DNA of 64,000 bases from Eubacteriales bacterium (GTDB lineage Bacteria > Bacillota > Clostridia > Oscillospirales > QAKW01), in the NCBI GenBank assembly GCA_045541555.1, contig JAZQJH010000010.1, positions 9,346 through 73,345 on the forward strand. The letters run 5' to 3'. The notes below the pieces were generated by a model that saw only the letters and a list, made by a program, of their open reading frames with translations, ran no database searches and had not been told where the DNA came from. A program made the position numbers and the translations under genes. The stretch's first letter is position 1. Every line of letters starts with the position of its first letter. Of this stretch, positions 50,086 to 59,670 are shown in pieces.

Positions 50086-51879
50086 ATGATTAGAAACCAT
50101 ATTTTGATTTGCGGCGGTACAGGCTGTACGTCCTCCGGCTCTCTGAGCATTATGGAGGCCCTGAACGCCGAGCTGGAAAAGAATAATCTCCAGGATGAGG
50201 TCAAAGTCGTTATGACCGGTTGCTTCGGTCTTTGCGCTTTGGGTCCCATCATGATCGTGTATCCCGAGGGCTCTTTCTACAGCCGTATTGATGCCGAAGC
50301 GATCCCCGAGATCGTTTCCGAGCACATCATTAAGGGTCGTATCGTAAAGAAGTATCTCTACAGCGAAGTAGCTGAGATGGAAGAGAAGGGTGTACATGCT
50401 TCTCTGAACGATACCAATTTCTATAAGAAGCAGAAGCGTGTTGCTCTCCGTAACTGCGGTGTTATCAATCCCGAGGTAATTGATGAGTACATCGCTTATG
50501 ACGGTTACCAGGCTTTGGGTAAGGTTCTGACCGAGATGAAGCCTGCTGACGTCATCCAGGTGATCAAGGATTCCGGTCTTCGTGGCCGTGGTGGCGGCGG
50601 TTTCCCCACCGGTCTGAAGTGGGATCTGGCTTCCCGTACTGTTGCAGATGTCAAGTATGTCTGCTGTAATGCCGACGAAGGCGACCCGGGCGCATTCATG
50701 GATCGTTCCATCCTGGAAGGTGACCCCCACGCCGTCATCGAGGCTATGGCAATCGCCGCTTATGCAGTAGGCGCTTGCAAGGGCTTTGTTTATATCCGTG
50801 CAGAGTACCCCATCGCCGTAAACCGTCTGCAGATCGCCATCAATCAGGCGCGTGAATACGGTTTGCTGGGCGAAGGCATCTTCGGCACTGACTTCAATTT
50901 TGATATGGAGATCCGTCTGGGCGCAGGTGCATTCGTCTGCGGTGAGGAGACTGCTCTTATGACCTCTATCGAGGGTAACCGCGGTGAGCCTCGTCCCCGT
51001 CCTCCTTTCCCCTCTGAAAAGGGTATCTTCGGTATCCCCACCATGAACTGTAACGTTGAGACCTATGCCAACATTCCTCAGATCATTCTGAATGGCGCCG
51101 AGTGGTTTGGTTCCATGGGTACCGAGAAGTCCAAGGGTACCAAGGTATTTGCTTTGGGTGGTAAGATCACCAATACCGGTCTGGTAGAGATCCCCATGGG
51201 TACTACTTTGCGTGAGGTAATCGAGGATATCGGCGGCGGTATTCCCGATGGTAAGAAGTTTAAGGCGGCTCAGACCGGCGGTCCTTCCGGTGGTTGTATC
51301 CCGGCTTCCTTGATCGACACGCCCATCGACTATGATAACCTGATCGCCATCGGCTCCATGATGGGTTCCGGCGGTCTGATCGTCATGGATGAAGACAACT
51401 GTATGGTTGATATTGCGAAGTTCTTCCTGGAGTTCACTGTGGATGAGTCTTGCGGTAAGTGTACTCCCTGCCGTATCGGTACCAAGAGAATGCTGGAGTA
51501 TCTGGATAAGATCACTTCCGGTAAGGCTACCATGCAGGATCTGGACGATCTGGAGCAGCTTTGCTACTACATTAAGGCAAACTCCCTCTGCGGTTTGGGT
51601 CAGACTGCACCTAACCCGGTTCTTTCCACTCTGCGTTACTTCAGAGATGAATATGAAGCTCATATCCTTGAGAAGCGCTGCCCCGCCGGCGTATGTAAGG
51701 ATCTGATGCGCTATGAGATCACCGAGGATTGTAAGGGTTGTACCCTTTGCGCCCGGAACTGCCCTGTTAACGCCATCACCGGCACTGTTAAAAATATGCA
51801 CACCATCGATCAGGATAAGTGCATTAAGTGCGGTGTCTGCGTAAGCAAGTGTAAGTTTAAGGCTATTATCCGGAAGTAA
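50086..51879 (+). CDS. NuoF/HndC-like NAD(P)H-binding flavoprotein subunit (FMN, Fe-S)
   Basis: An N-terminal 2Fe-2S domain, GRGGGGFPTGLKW (FMN/NADH site), SCGKCTPCR, and two C-terminal ferredoxin motifs. Confidence 0.93.
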   Translation: MIRNHILICGGTGCTSSGSLSIMEALNAELEKNNLQDEVKVVMTGCFGLCALGPIMIVYPEGSFYSRIDAEAIPEIVSEHIIKGRIVKKYLYSEVAEMEEKGVHASLNDTNFYKKQKRVALRNCGVINPEVIDEYIAYDGYQALGKVLTEMKPADVIQVIKDSGLRGRGGGGFPTGLKWDLASRTVADVKYVCCNADEGDPGAFMDRSILEGDPHAVIEAMAIAAYAVGACKGFVYIRAEYPIAVNRLQIAINQAREYGLLGEGIFGTDFNFDMEIRLGAGAFVCGEETALMTSIEGNRGEPRPRPPFPSEKGIFGIPTMNCNVETYANIPQIILNGAEWFGSMGTEKSKGTKVFALGGKITNTGLVEIPMGTTLREVIEDIGGGIPDGKKFKAAQTGGPSGGCIPASLIDTPIDYDNLIAIGSMMGSGGLIVMDEDNCMVDIAKFFLEFTVDESCGKCTPCRIGTKRMLEYLDKITSGKATMQDLDDLEQLCYYIKANSLCGLGQTAPNPVLSTLRYFRDEYEAHILEKRCPAGVCKDLMRYEITEDCKGCTLCARNCPVNAITGTVKNMHTIDQDKCIKCGVCVSKCKFKAIIRK

Positions 51880-51893
51880 AGGAGAGGAGAAGA

Positions 51894-53651
51894 ATGCAAA
51901 TGATTAACTTAAAGATCAATGGCACTCCGGTCAGCGTTCCTGCCGGTACGACTGTTCTGGAGGCTGCCAGACAAATGAATATTGATGTTCCCACTCTGTG
52001 CTTCCTGAAAGAGATCAACGCCATCGGCGCTTGCCGTATCTGCGTTGTGGAGAATAGAGTGAACGGCGTCGGCCGTTTGGTTGCCGCTTGTGTATTCCCC
52101 GTGGCCGAGGGCATGGATATTTATACCCATAGCCCCATGGTTCTGAAGGCAAGAAAGCAGACCTTAGAGTTGATTCTTTCCAACCATGATAAGAGATGTC
52201 TCTCTTGTGTTCGTTCCGGCGATTGCGAACTGCAGCGTCTTTGCAACGAGTACAAGGTAGAGAAGGAAAATGCATACGAAGGCGAAGTCGGTTGCTATGA
52301 TATCGACAATTCTGCCGCTCATATGTATCGCGATAATAATAAGTGTATCCTCTGCCGTCGTTGCGTGGCTGTCTGCGATAAGTATCAGTCTGTTGCCGTG
52401 ATCGGTGCCAACGAAAGAGGTTTCGCTACTCATATCGGTTCTGCTTTTGACGATGGTTTGGGCATGACCTCCTGCGTCAGCTGCGGTCAGTGTATCGTTG
52501 CTTGCCCCACCGGCGCGCTGGGAGAGAAGGACGACACCGATAAGGTTTGGGAAGCACTTGCTGATCCCACCAAGCACGTGGTGGTTCAGGTTGCGCCCTC
52601 TATCCGTGTGACCTTAGGTGAAGCTTTCGATATGCCTGTCGGCACCAACGTCGAGGGTAAGATGGTTACCGCTCTGAAGAAGCTGGGCTTTGATAAGGTA
52701 TTCGATACCAACCTCACTGCCGACCTGACCATCATGGAAGAAGCCAATGAGCTGATCGAGCGCGTCCAGAACGGCGGCGTTCTCCCCATGATCACCTCTT
52801 GCTCTCCCGGCTGGGTTAAGTTCTGCGAGCACTATTTCCCCGATATGATCCCCAATCTCTCTTCCTGTAAGTCTCCTCAGCAGATGTTTGGTGCTATTAT
52901 TAAGACCTACTATGCCGAGAAGAATAATATCGATCCTAAGGATATTGTCAGCGTATCTGTCATGCCCTGTACCGCAAAGAAATTTGAGGTCGGCCGTGAG
53001 GATCAGAGCGCTGCCGGCGTTCCCGACGTTGATATTTCTATCACCACCCGTGAGCTGGCCAGAATGATCAAGAGAGCCGGTCTGTTCTTCACCAAGCTGG
53101 AGGATAGCGAGTTCGATCATCCTCTGGGTGTTGGCTCCGGTGCCGGTCTGATCTTCGGTGCTACCGGCGGTGTTATGGAAGCCGCTCTGCGTACCGCGGT
53201 TGAGAAACTGACCGGTAAAGAGCTGGGCAAACTGGAGTTCACCGACGTTCGCGGTACTGCCGGCATCAAGGAAGCCGCTTATAAGGTTGGCGATCTGGAA
53301 GTGAAGGTTGCCGTTTGCTCCGGTTTGAAGAATGCGAAGGAACTGCTGAAGAAGGTTCAGGCCGGCGAAGCCGACTATACCTTTATCGAAGTGATGGCAT
53401 GCCCCGGCGGCTGTGTCAACGGCGGCGGTCAGCCCTTCCAGCCAGCTTCCGTCAGAAACTATGAGGATCTGCGTGCACTGCGTGCAAAGGCTCTTTATGA
53501 TACCGATGCTGCTATGACTCTCAGAAAGTCTCATGAGAACCCTGTTATTAAGGAACTCTATGAGAATTATTTGGAGAAGCCCGGCAGCCATAAGGCTCAT
53601 GAACTGCTGCACACCTCCTACGTGGCCAGAAATAAGTTTGGCGAACAGTAA
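51894..53651 (+). CDS. hydA: [FeFe]-hydrogenase catalytic subunit (HydA/HndD, M3-type, group A3-like)
   Basis: An N-terminal 2Fe-2S domain and 3 accessory Fe-S motifs. H-domain motifs: L1 TSCSPGW (variant), L2 MPCTAKKFE and L3 EVMACPGGCVNGGGQP. Confidence 0.92.
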   Translation: MQMINLKINGTPVSVPAGTTVLEAARQMNIDVPTLCFLKEINAIGACRICVVENRVNGVGRLVAACVFPVAEGMDIYTHSPMVLKARKQTLELILSNHDKRCLSCVRSGDCELQRLCNEYKVEKENAYEGEVGCYDIDNSAAHMYRDNNKCILCRRCVAVCDKYQSVAVIGANERGFATHIGSAFDDGLGMTSCVSCGQCIVACPTGALGEKDDTDKVWEALADPTKHVVVQVAPSIRVTLGEAFDMPVGTNVEGKMVTALKKLGFDKVFDTNLTADLTIMEEANELIERVQNGGVLPMITSCSPGWVKFCEHYFPDMIPNLSSCKSPQQMFGAIIKTYYAEKNNIDPKDIVSVSVMPCTAKKFEVGREDQSAAGVPDVDISITTRELARMIKRAGLFFTKLEDSEFDHPLGVGSGAGLIFGATGGVMEAALRTAVEKLTGKELGKLEFTDVRGTAGIKEAAYKVGDLEVKVAVCSGLKNAKELLKKVQAGEADYTFIEVMACPGGCVNGGGQPFQPASVRNYEDLRALRAKALYDTDAAMTLRKSHENPVIKELYENYLEKPGSHKAHELLHTSYVARNKFGEQ

Positions 53652-53657
53652 TGTTAT

Positions 53658-53687
53658 AAAAAGCCCCCTCGTTGAGGGGGCTTTTTT
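53658..53687 (+). terminator. Intrinsic terminator after hydA
   Basis: Stem aaaagccccctc, loop gttg, stem agggggctttt, followed by a T tract. Confidence 0.9.
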
Positions 53688-53784
53688 AAATTTTTACATA
53701 TTATTTACCATTTCACTATTCCCAAAAAAGAAAAAATAGTTTATAATGTATATATTGTATTTTAATTACACGGAGGTATAACCC

Positions 53785-55323
53785 ATGGGTAAAGGGCAAC
53801 GGGTTCGTGCTGCCAGAGCAGCCGAAAAAGAAGAAAAGAAAGTTCTGCTGGCTAAGAAGGCTAAAAAAGCGAAGGCGACCAAAATCGCAACCTCGATCAT
53901 CGCCGCTGTTTTGGCGGTCTGTATCTTAGGCGGTGTGATCTATCATACGGTTTATAGTACGGCGTATAATAAGGGTACGGTCCAGCGCGACACGATCGTT
54001 TTGCAGTCTGAAAACTATAAAGTTGATGCTGCAATGATGTCTTATTTCTTCTATACGCAGTATAATAATTTTGCGAATACTTATTCCTCTATGCTCTCTT
54101 CCATTGGCTTGGATACCGCTAAGTCTTTGAAGCAGCAAAAATCTGTATTCGGCGATGATCAGACTTGGTATGAGTATTTTGCTGCTCAGGCCGGTAGCCA
54201 GGCTAAAGAATTGGTCTATCTTGCTGAAATGGCAATTAAAGACGGCATGAGCCTGAATGAGGAAGACAAGAAGAGTGCCCAGGAAACCATCGACGCATAT
54301 TATGAAGCGGCAAAAGAAAATAAAATGGACGAAAAAAAGTTCTTGAGCGCAGTCTTCGGTACCGGCGTGAATGAAAACGATGTTCGGAAATGCTTGGAGC
54401 TTTCTCTTTTGGCGGATAAATATCGCGAAAAGTACGTTGATTCCTTGGACTATTCTGACGCCGATCTTGAAGCGTTCTATAAAGAGAACATGGATAGTTA
54501 TCGCTACGTCGATTATTATAGCTATGCAGTTGAAGCGGCTGATAATGAAGACGAGTCTACCTTCGCAGCAGCCGAGAAGAAAGCAAAAGAACTGGCGGCA
54601 GCCAAGAGTCCGGAAGAATTCTCCACTTGGGTCGAAAAGGATTTCCGTGCCGAAAATCCGATCAGTGATGATTATAAAGAGGATGAACTGAAAGAGGATC
54701 TGGAGTCTACTTTGAAGGGTCTTTCAAATACGCAGATTACCTTCATCAAGGACGATGAGGCATCTAAGTGGCTCTTTAATACCGGAAAAGTTGGCGAGAC
54801 CTACATCGCAGACGATAAATCCGGCACCTACACTGTTTATTATCTTACTGCTACTCCTTATCGTGATGAAAGCGCTACCCGCACCATCCGCGATATTATC
54901 CTGACGACCGAAAATTATAAAAAGGACGAGCTAAAGACCACCGCAGACAAGATCGTCGAGGAAATGAAGAAGGCCGGACTGACCGAGGAAACCTTCAAAA
55001 AGTATGCGGCTGAGTATAGTGAGAATACCGCATCCTCTGCAAACGGCGGTCTTTGCGAGAACTATAAAAAGTCTTCCTATGAAGGTACTATCGGCGATTG
55101 GGCATTTGACGCTAAGCGTCAGGCCGGCGATTTCGAGGCATTTGCTATCGAAGACGGTTATGCGATCTGCTACTATGTGGGCGAAGGCATTGCCGCTTGG
55201 AAGTCCGATTGTATTTCCGATAAGCAAGATGCTGATTATCAAAAATCTTATGAAGAATGGACAAAGAACATCACTTTGACCGAAAATGAAAAGGGCTATA
55301 ATAAGATTCCTGATAACATTTAA
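53785..55323 (+). CDS. Membrane-anchored SurA/PrsA-like chaperone with a degenerate parvulin-like C-terminal domain (tentative)
   Basis: A basic N-terminus plus one TM helix. The C-terminus RTIRDIILT...SANGGLCENYKKSSYEGTIGDWAF resembles the PpiC pattern. Weak assignment. Confidence 0.4.
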   Translation: MGKGQRVRAARAAEKEEKKVLLAKKAKKAKATKIATSIIAAVLAVCILGGVIYHTVYSTAYNKGTVQRDTIVLQSENYKVDAAMMSYFFYTQYNNFANTYSSMLSSIGLDTAKSLKQQKSVFGDDQTWYEYFAAQAGSQAKELVYLAEMAIKDGMSLNEEDKKSAQETIDAYYEAAKENKMDEKKFLSAVFGTGVNENDVRKCLELSLLADKYREKYVDSLDYSDADLEAFYKENMDSYRYVDYYSYAVEAADNEDESTFAAAEKKAKELAAAKSPEEFSTWVEKDFRAENPISDDYKEDELKEDLESTLKGLSNTQITFIKDDEASKWLFNTGKVGETYIADDKSGTYTVYYLTATPYRDESATRTIRDIILTTENYKKDELKTTADKIVEEMKKAGLTEETFKKYAAEYSENTASSANGGLCENYKKSSYEGTIGDWAFDAKRQAGDFEAFAIEDGYAICYYVGEGIAAWKSDCISDKQDADYQKSYEEWTKNITLTENEKGYNKIPDNI

Positions 55324-55332
55324 GTAAACTAT

Positions 55333-55368
55333 AAAAAACAGAGAGCTGATCAGCTCTCTGTTTTTTTA
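55333..55368. terminator. Bidirectional terminator
   Basis: The palindrome acagagagc-tgatca-gctctctgt lies between an A5 run and a T7 run. The last codons of the - strand gene fall within it. Confidence 0.8.
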
Positions 55369-56009
55369 TGCCATTTAATTTTATAACTGATCCAGTAAAG
55401 CGGGACTGAAAGAACTAATGACCCGAAAACATCCAGGATCGAATGTTGCTTAACGAATACGGTGGAAAGGCAGATCAATACGGTTAGGATCGTTGCGGTG
55501 TGGGCAGCCCAGGAATGTTTTCTGCACCACTCATTCTTGGCTAAAGCAATATTCATACCGATGGAATTGAGGCAATGAATACTGGGGAAAACATCGTGGG
55601 GGGTATCGCCGGCTTGCAACATCTCCAGTGCTTCAATCAGGAAATTGTTTCTGCCGAGAGTATCGTAATCAATGCGCAAGGTTTGGTAGTTGGGAAAGAT
55701 CATATAAATGATCAGACAGGTTGTCATTCCAATATAGAGGAATGCACACATCCGCAGAAAGTCCGTCCGATTATTGAAGAAGAGAAAGATATAACCGACG
55801 GCGATATAGGCAAACCATAAAAAATAGGGGATGACAAATAGCTCACAGAAGGGAATCAGATCGTCGATGTGGCTATAGATCTCTGTAATATTGGAACGCT
55901 GGGGTGTAAACATGTTCAGCCAACCGAACCATGGCATATAGAGTAAGAAATAAAGCACCATGATCGCGTGACCGTACTTGGATTGAAATAATGATTTGAT
56001 TTTCGACAT
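55350..56009 (-). CDS. PAP2-superfamily membrane phosphatase/phosphotransferase-like protein
   Basis: FPSIHC and VKQHSILDV, matching the PAP2 C2/C3-like PSxH and HxxxD motifs. Start taken at MSKIKSLF (56009). Confidence 0.6.
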   Translation of the reverse strand: MSKIKSLFQSKYGHAIMVLYFLLYMPWFGWLNMFTPQRSNITEIYSHIDDLIPFCELFVIPYFLWFAYIAVGYIFLFFNNRTDFLRMCAFLYIGMTTCLIIYMIFPNYQTLRIDYDTLGRNNFLIEALEMLQAGDTPHDVFPSIHCLNSIGMNIALAKNEWCRKHSWAAHTATILTVLICLSTVFVKQHSILDVFGSLVLSVPLYWISYKIKWHKKTES

Positions 56010-56017
56010 AGCGCACC

Positions 56018-57037
56018 TCAATTGAATTTATAGACTTTTTGCACGACTCGATAGCCGGCAATAGTTAGGGTGCGGATGAACTTATTGGTATATGCATAGA
56101 AGCCTGCAAGGGAACGATAACGCAGATGCCCGTAAATATAGGGATGCTGCTCCTTGAGGTACTTCCAATATGCTTTCAGCTTCTCCATGGCTTTCGGAGA
56201 GCCGTCTAAGGTCAGCATCAAGGCGGAAATCAGTACCATGACGCTGGCATAATGGAGCATATATTTATAAAGCTTGGGTCTGGATTGCCGGATTTTGGGA
56301 AGATCATGCTTTTCAAGGATCAGCTTGGATACTTTGATCTGCTGATCTACCCGCTTTATCATCACCTTTTCATTGACCGACTGATCTGCACGACCAATGA
56401 AGTAGCGATAAAAATCCGTATCGCAGTAATAAATCGAATTTACTAAAGGCAGAGGAGAGTAAAGGAAAATATTATCCACATAGAAGGTATGGAGAGGAAT
56501 TTGAAGATTACTCTCTCGCACCAGCTCTGTGCGGTAAAAGACCGAATGCATGATCATATACCGCGTCATATCAAAGGCACCGCATTCCGACCAGGTGAAT
56601 TCCCGGTCTCTCGGGAAGATGCCACGATAATGAATGGTGTGGGTGCTTCTCTGTTCGTGCTCGTAGACGTAATTGCAAACAATAAGATCGATGAGGTTCC
56701 CACGATCCATAAAGCTTTCGATCAGTTTTAAGATGCGCTGGAGAGAGTCGGCATCCGCCCAGTCGTCTGAGTCAACGACCTTATAATAAATGCCCTCCGC
56801 TTCGGAAAGACCGGCCATGATTCCGGAACCGTGTCCGCCGTTTTCTTTATGTACGACCTTCACGATACCGGGATACTTTGCTTGATATTCATCGGCAATC
56901 TCACCGGTACGGTCAGAGGAGCCGTCGTTGACGAGGATGATCTCCACTTTATCGCCGCCGGTAAGCAAGGATTCCACGCAACGATGCATATAACTTTCGC
57001 TGTTGTAACACGGAACAGCAAAGGATATCAGTTTCAT
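56018..57037 (-). CDS. Family 2 glycosyltransferase
   Basis: SFAVPCYNSESYMHRCVESLL ... ILVNDGSSD ... VDSDDW (DxD). Confidence 0.88.
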   Translation of the reverse strand: MKLISFAVPCYNSESYMHRCVESLLTGGDKVEIILVNDGSSDRTGEIADEYQAKYPGIVKVVHKENGGHGSGIMAGLSEAEGIYYKVVDSDDWADADSLQRILKLIESFMDRGNLIDLIVCNYVYEHEQRSTHTIHYRGIFPRDREFTWSECGAFDMTRYMIMHSVFYRTELVRESNLQIPLHTFYVDNIFLYSPLPLVNSIYYCDTDFYRYFIGRADQSVNEKVMIKRVDQQIKVSKLILEKHDLPKIRQSRPKLYKYMLHYASVMVLISALMLTLDGSPKAMEKLKAYWKYLKEQHPYIYGHLRYRSLAGFYAYTNKFIRTLTIAGYRVVQKVYKFN

Positions 57038-57097
57038 TTTGATTCTCCTTATTTTTATACATGATCATGAAGATTCTAACATATTTTGTCTTTAAAA

Positions 57098-58162
57098 TCA
57101 AGGTTGACCAAAAACATTGTTGATTAATTTTTCTTTAAGTTGATTTGATTTTGAAAAGTCGGTGCCTTGGGCATATTCTTTTTCGGTTTCAAGGTGCAAA
57201 GCTCTTGCTTCACTCAGTTTTTCGGTGGCAAGATTGAGGATTTCACGTTCAATTCGCTTAATGAATGCCAGTTTGTTTTTGTGTTCATCAAGATAAGCTT
57301 TCTCCATCATGCCTTGGAGGTTAATCTTACGTATAACGCTTTCCTCGGGAAAGTCCAAGGGGAAAAGACCGTCGCGGGTGACGATGGAGAGATTGGCATC
57401 GGGTACGATCAAATGCTGCAGACGCGATTCACCAAATAAAGGATGATAGCAGTTGATATGATCGATTCCATTTTCGGTCAGATGTTGCTCTAAAATAGAA
57501 AGCATGATGTGGCTGACCATCCAGCGATCCTCTAAAATAATGATGTTTTTTCCCAAATGCAAAAAGGTGTCGCAGAACGTGATGCGTCCGTCGGGAGAGA
57601 TTCCGGATAAAAAACGTTTTTTAATACAGGCTTCACGGTCAAGATTTTCCCAGAGCGCGTTTTGGCGGAGCAGTTTATCTGCGGTTTTCTTTATTTTGGG
57701 GATGGATAAGTATTTTTCCAATGGTGAAAAAACACCTTCCTGGATGGATTTTGCGCTTTTTAACAGAGCATAGCAGCTTTTGTAGACGGATTTTTTTGCG
57801 TCGATCTTCTGAATGATCGCAGTTTTGTTCATGTTTCGAGGATCCCATCCGATTCCAAGATCGATGATATTTCCTCCTATGCCCGGATAAATCGGTTCAT
57901 GGCTATGGGGGGCGGTAGCGTCGATGATAACCGCATTTTGTTCCGGAAGGACAATGCCATCGAGACTCGCAGGATCGCCCGAGCAATAAATGAGCTCGGC
58001 GTTTTCGGCTCGCTCTGCTAATTGTTTGAGGAGGGTGCTTTTTCCGCAGCCGGGACCACCTTTTATGTAATAGACCTGTTGCTTCTTTTCATCAATAAAT
58101 GAATGGAATAAGGAATAAAATCCTTCGCCGCTATTGGCGGCGCAAAAAGTTTTGAATTTCAT
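57098..58162 (-). CDS. Uncharacterised P-loop NTPase
   Basis: Walker A GGPGCGKST near the N-terminus and a Walker-B-like VIIDATAPH. I do not recognise the rest of the protein. Confidence 0.6.
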   Translation of the reverse strand: MKFKTFCAANSGEGFYSLFHSFIDEKKQQVYYIKGGPGCGKSTLLKQLAERAENAELIYCSGDPASLDGIVLPEQNAVIIDATAPHSHEPIYPGIGGNIIDLGIGWDPRNMNKTAIIQKIDAKKSVYKSCYALLKSAKSIQEGVFSPLEKYLSIPKIKKTADKLLRQNALWENLDREACIKKRFLSGISPDGRITFCDTFLHLGKNIIILEDRWMVSHIMLSILEQHLTENGIDHINCYHPLFGESRLQHLIVPDANLSIVTRDGLFPLDFPEESVIRKINLQGMMEKAYLDEHKNKLAFIKRIEREILNLATEKLSEARALHLETEKEYAQGTDFSKSNQLKEKLINNVFGQP

Positions 58163-58206
58163 ATGATCACCTCCTTTTATCTTATGTTTTTCTCCTTTTC
58201 TCGTTC

Positions 58207-58236
58207 GTATAAGAGCGGCGAAAGATGGAAATAATG
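58207..58236 (+). promoter_or_regulatory. Forespore (sigma-F/sigma-G-type) promoter candidate for sigG
   Basis: GTATA at 58207-58211, a 15-nt spacer, and GGAAATAATG at 58227-58236. This matches the Bacillus sigma-F consensus GYATA-15-GGnnAnAHTR as I recall it. Confidence 0.45.
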
Positions 58237-58260
58237 AGGATAAAAGGAGATGGCGATAAG

Positions 58261-59028
58261 ATGCATAATAAGGTCGTGATCAGTGGTGTAGACACTTCAA
58301 AACTACCGATTCTATCGAATGATGAAAAGAACGAATTACTGCGAAGAATCAAAGCCGGTGATAAAAAGGCAAAGGATCAATTTGTGGAGGGGAATCTTCG
58401 TCTGGTACTATCCTTGGTTCAGCGGTTTTCAGGTAGAGGAGAGAGCATGGATGATCTTTTTCAGGTGGGGTGTATTGGCTTGATCAAAAGCATTGATAAC
58501 TTTGACATCAGTCTTGGCTTACGGTTCAGTACCTATGGTGTGCCAATGATTTTAGGGGAGATCCGGCGGTATCTCCGCGATAATAATATGGTTCGGGTCT
58601 CTCGCTCCACAAGAGATCTTGCATATCGTGCACTGACAGTAAAAGAGCGGTTGGCGAATGAAAAAAGCAGGGAGCCGACAGTCGCGGAGATTGCCAAGGA
58701 ATTAGAGGTGCGCAAGGAGGAGGTGGTGATGGCGCTGGAGGCGATCGTCGATCCGATCTCACTCTTTGAGCCGGTTTATTCAGATGGGAACGACGCAATT
58801 TATGTCATGGATCAAGTGAGTGACGGTCGCGGCGGAGACGATTGGCTGGACGAGATCTTGATCAAAGATGCCATCAAAAAACTGCCGGAGCGTGAAAAAA
58901 ATATTATTGAACTTCGTTTTCTGGATGGAAAAACGCAGATGGAAGTGGCAGAAGAGGTGGGGATTTCGCAAGCGCAGGTTTCCAGATTGGAAAAGGGGGC
59001 AATGGAACGGATCAAGGGGCAACTGTAA
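58261..59028 (+). CDS. sigG: Sporulation sigma factor sigma-G
   Basis: Trimmed to the ATG at 58261. The N-terminus ISGVDTSKLPILSNDEKNELL and the regions GNLRLVLSLVQRF, DDLFQVGCIGLIKSIDNFD and PMILGEIRRYLRDNNMVRVSRS parallel B. subtilis SigG closely. Confidence 0.88.
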   Translation: MHNKVVISGVDTSKLPILSNDEKNELLRRIKAGDKKAKDQFVEGNLRLVLSLVQRFSGRGESMDDLFQVGCIGLIKSIDNFDISLGLRFSTYGVPMILGEIRRYLRDNNMVRVSRSTRDLAYRALTVKERLANEKSREPTVAEIAKELEVRKEEVVMALEAIVDPISLFEPVYSDGNDAIYVMDQVSDGRGGDDWLDEILIKDAIKKLPEREKNIIELRFLDGKTQMEVAEEVGISQAQVSRLEKGAMERIKGQL

Positions 59029-59080
59029 CGGCTGCCCCTTGAATTCATATTATAGAAGAGAACGACAGGAGGGAGTATAG

Positions 59081-59668
59081 ATGCTGGTAAAGGTATTGGA
59101 TGAAAATCGGGTCAAAATCCTGATGGAAGATCAGGATATTGATTTTTATGGTCTACCGTTTGAAAAGATCAATTATGATGATCCGCTTTCCCGTACGTTT
59201 ATTTATGAACTGATACAAAAGACTTATGATGAGACCGGCGTTAATTTTCAGGACTGTCGTGTGATGATCGAGGTCGTACCCGGTGTGTCTCGCACTTATT
59301 ATATTTTGCTGAGCAAAATGGATGCAGACGGACTGGAGAAAATTGAATTTGATAAGGCAGACCGAACCGATGTTGAGGTGTATATTTTCAGATTGAATTG
59401 CGGTGCGGATGTTTTGAATTTGATCGATAAATTAGAACGTTACAGACCGGAACGAAGTGAATTGTATTACTATGGGGATTGCTACTATTTTGTTCTTTCA
59501 TTTCCAAGCTATCTGACGGCAAGACCGGAGTTTTCATTGTTTTTAATGCAGCTTGAAGAATATGGTGGACGCTGCCGCTACCATTATTGCAACGAATCGT
59601 TGCTTCGGGAATGGGGAAGGCTTCTCCTGGGGCCGGATGCTTATAAAGTCTTAAAAGGGAAGGGTTAA
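59081..59668 (+). CDS. MecA-like adaptor protein (tentative)
   Basis: The N-terminus MLVKVLDENRVKILMEDQDIDFYGLPFEKINYDDPLSRTF resembles the MecA N-terminal domain pattern. Confidence 0.4.
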   Translation: MLVKVLDENRVKILMEDQDIDFYGLPFEKINYDDPLSRTFIYELIQKTYDETGVNFQDCRVMIEVVPGVSRTYYILLSKMDADGLEKIEFDKADRTDVEVYIFRLNCGADVLNLIDKLERYRPERSELYYYGDCYYFVLSFPSYLTARPEFSLFLMQLEEYGGRCRYHYCNESLLREWGRLLLGPDAYKVLKGKG

Positions 59669-59670
59669 GT

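Noticed and set aside
49705-51801. A 698-aa ORF on the - strand lies opposite the HndB-like and NuoF-like genes.
   Set aside because: It is antisense to two strongly supported genes and crosses their boundary. It has no motifs, and its composition is typical of a shadow frame.
59013-59041. A hairpin spanning the sigG stop codon (caaggggca ... tgccccttg).
   Set aside because: It has an 11-nt loop and no downstream T tract, so I do not find it convincing as an intrinsic terminator.
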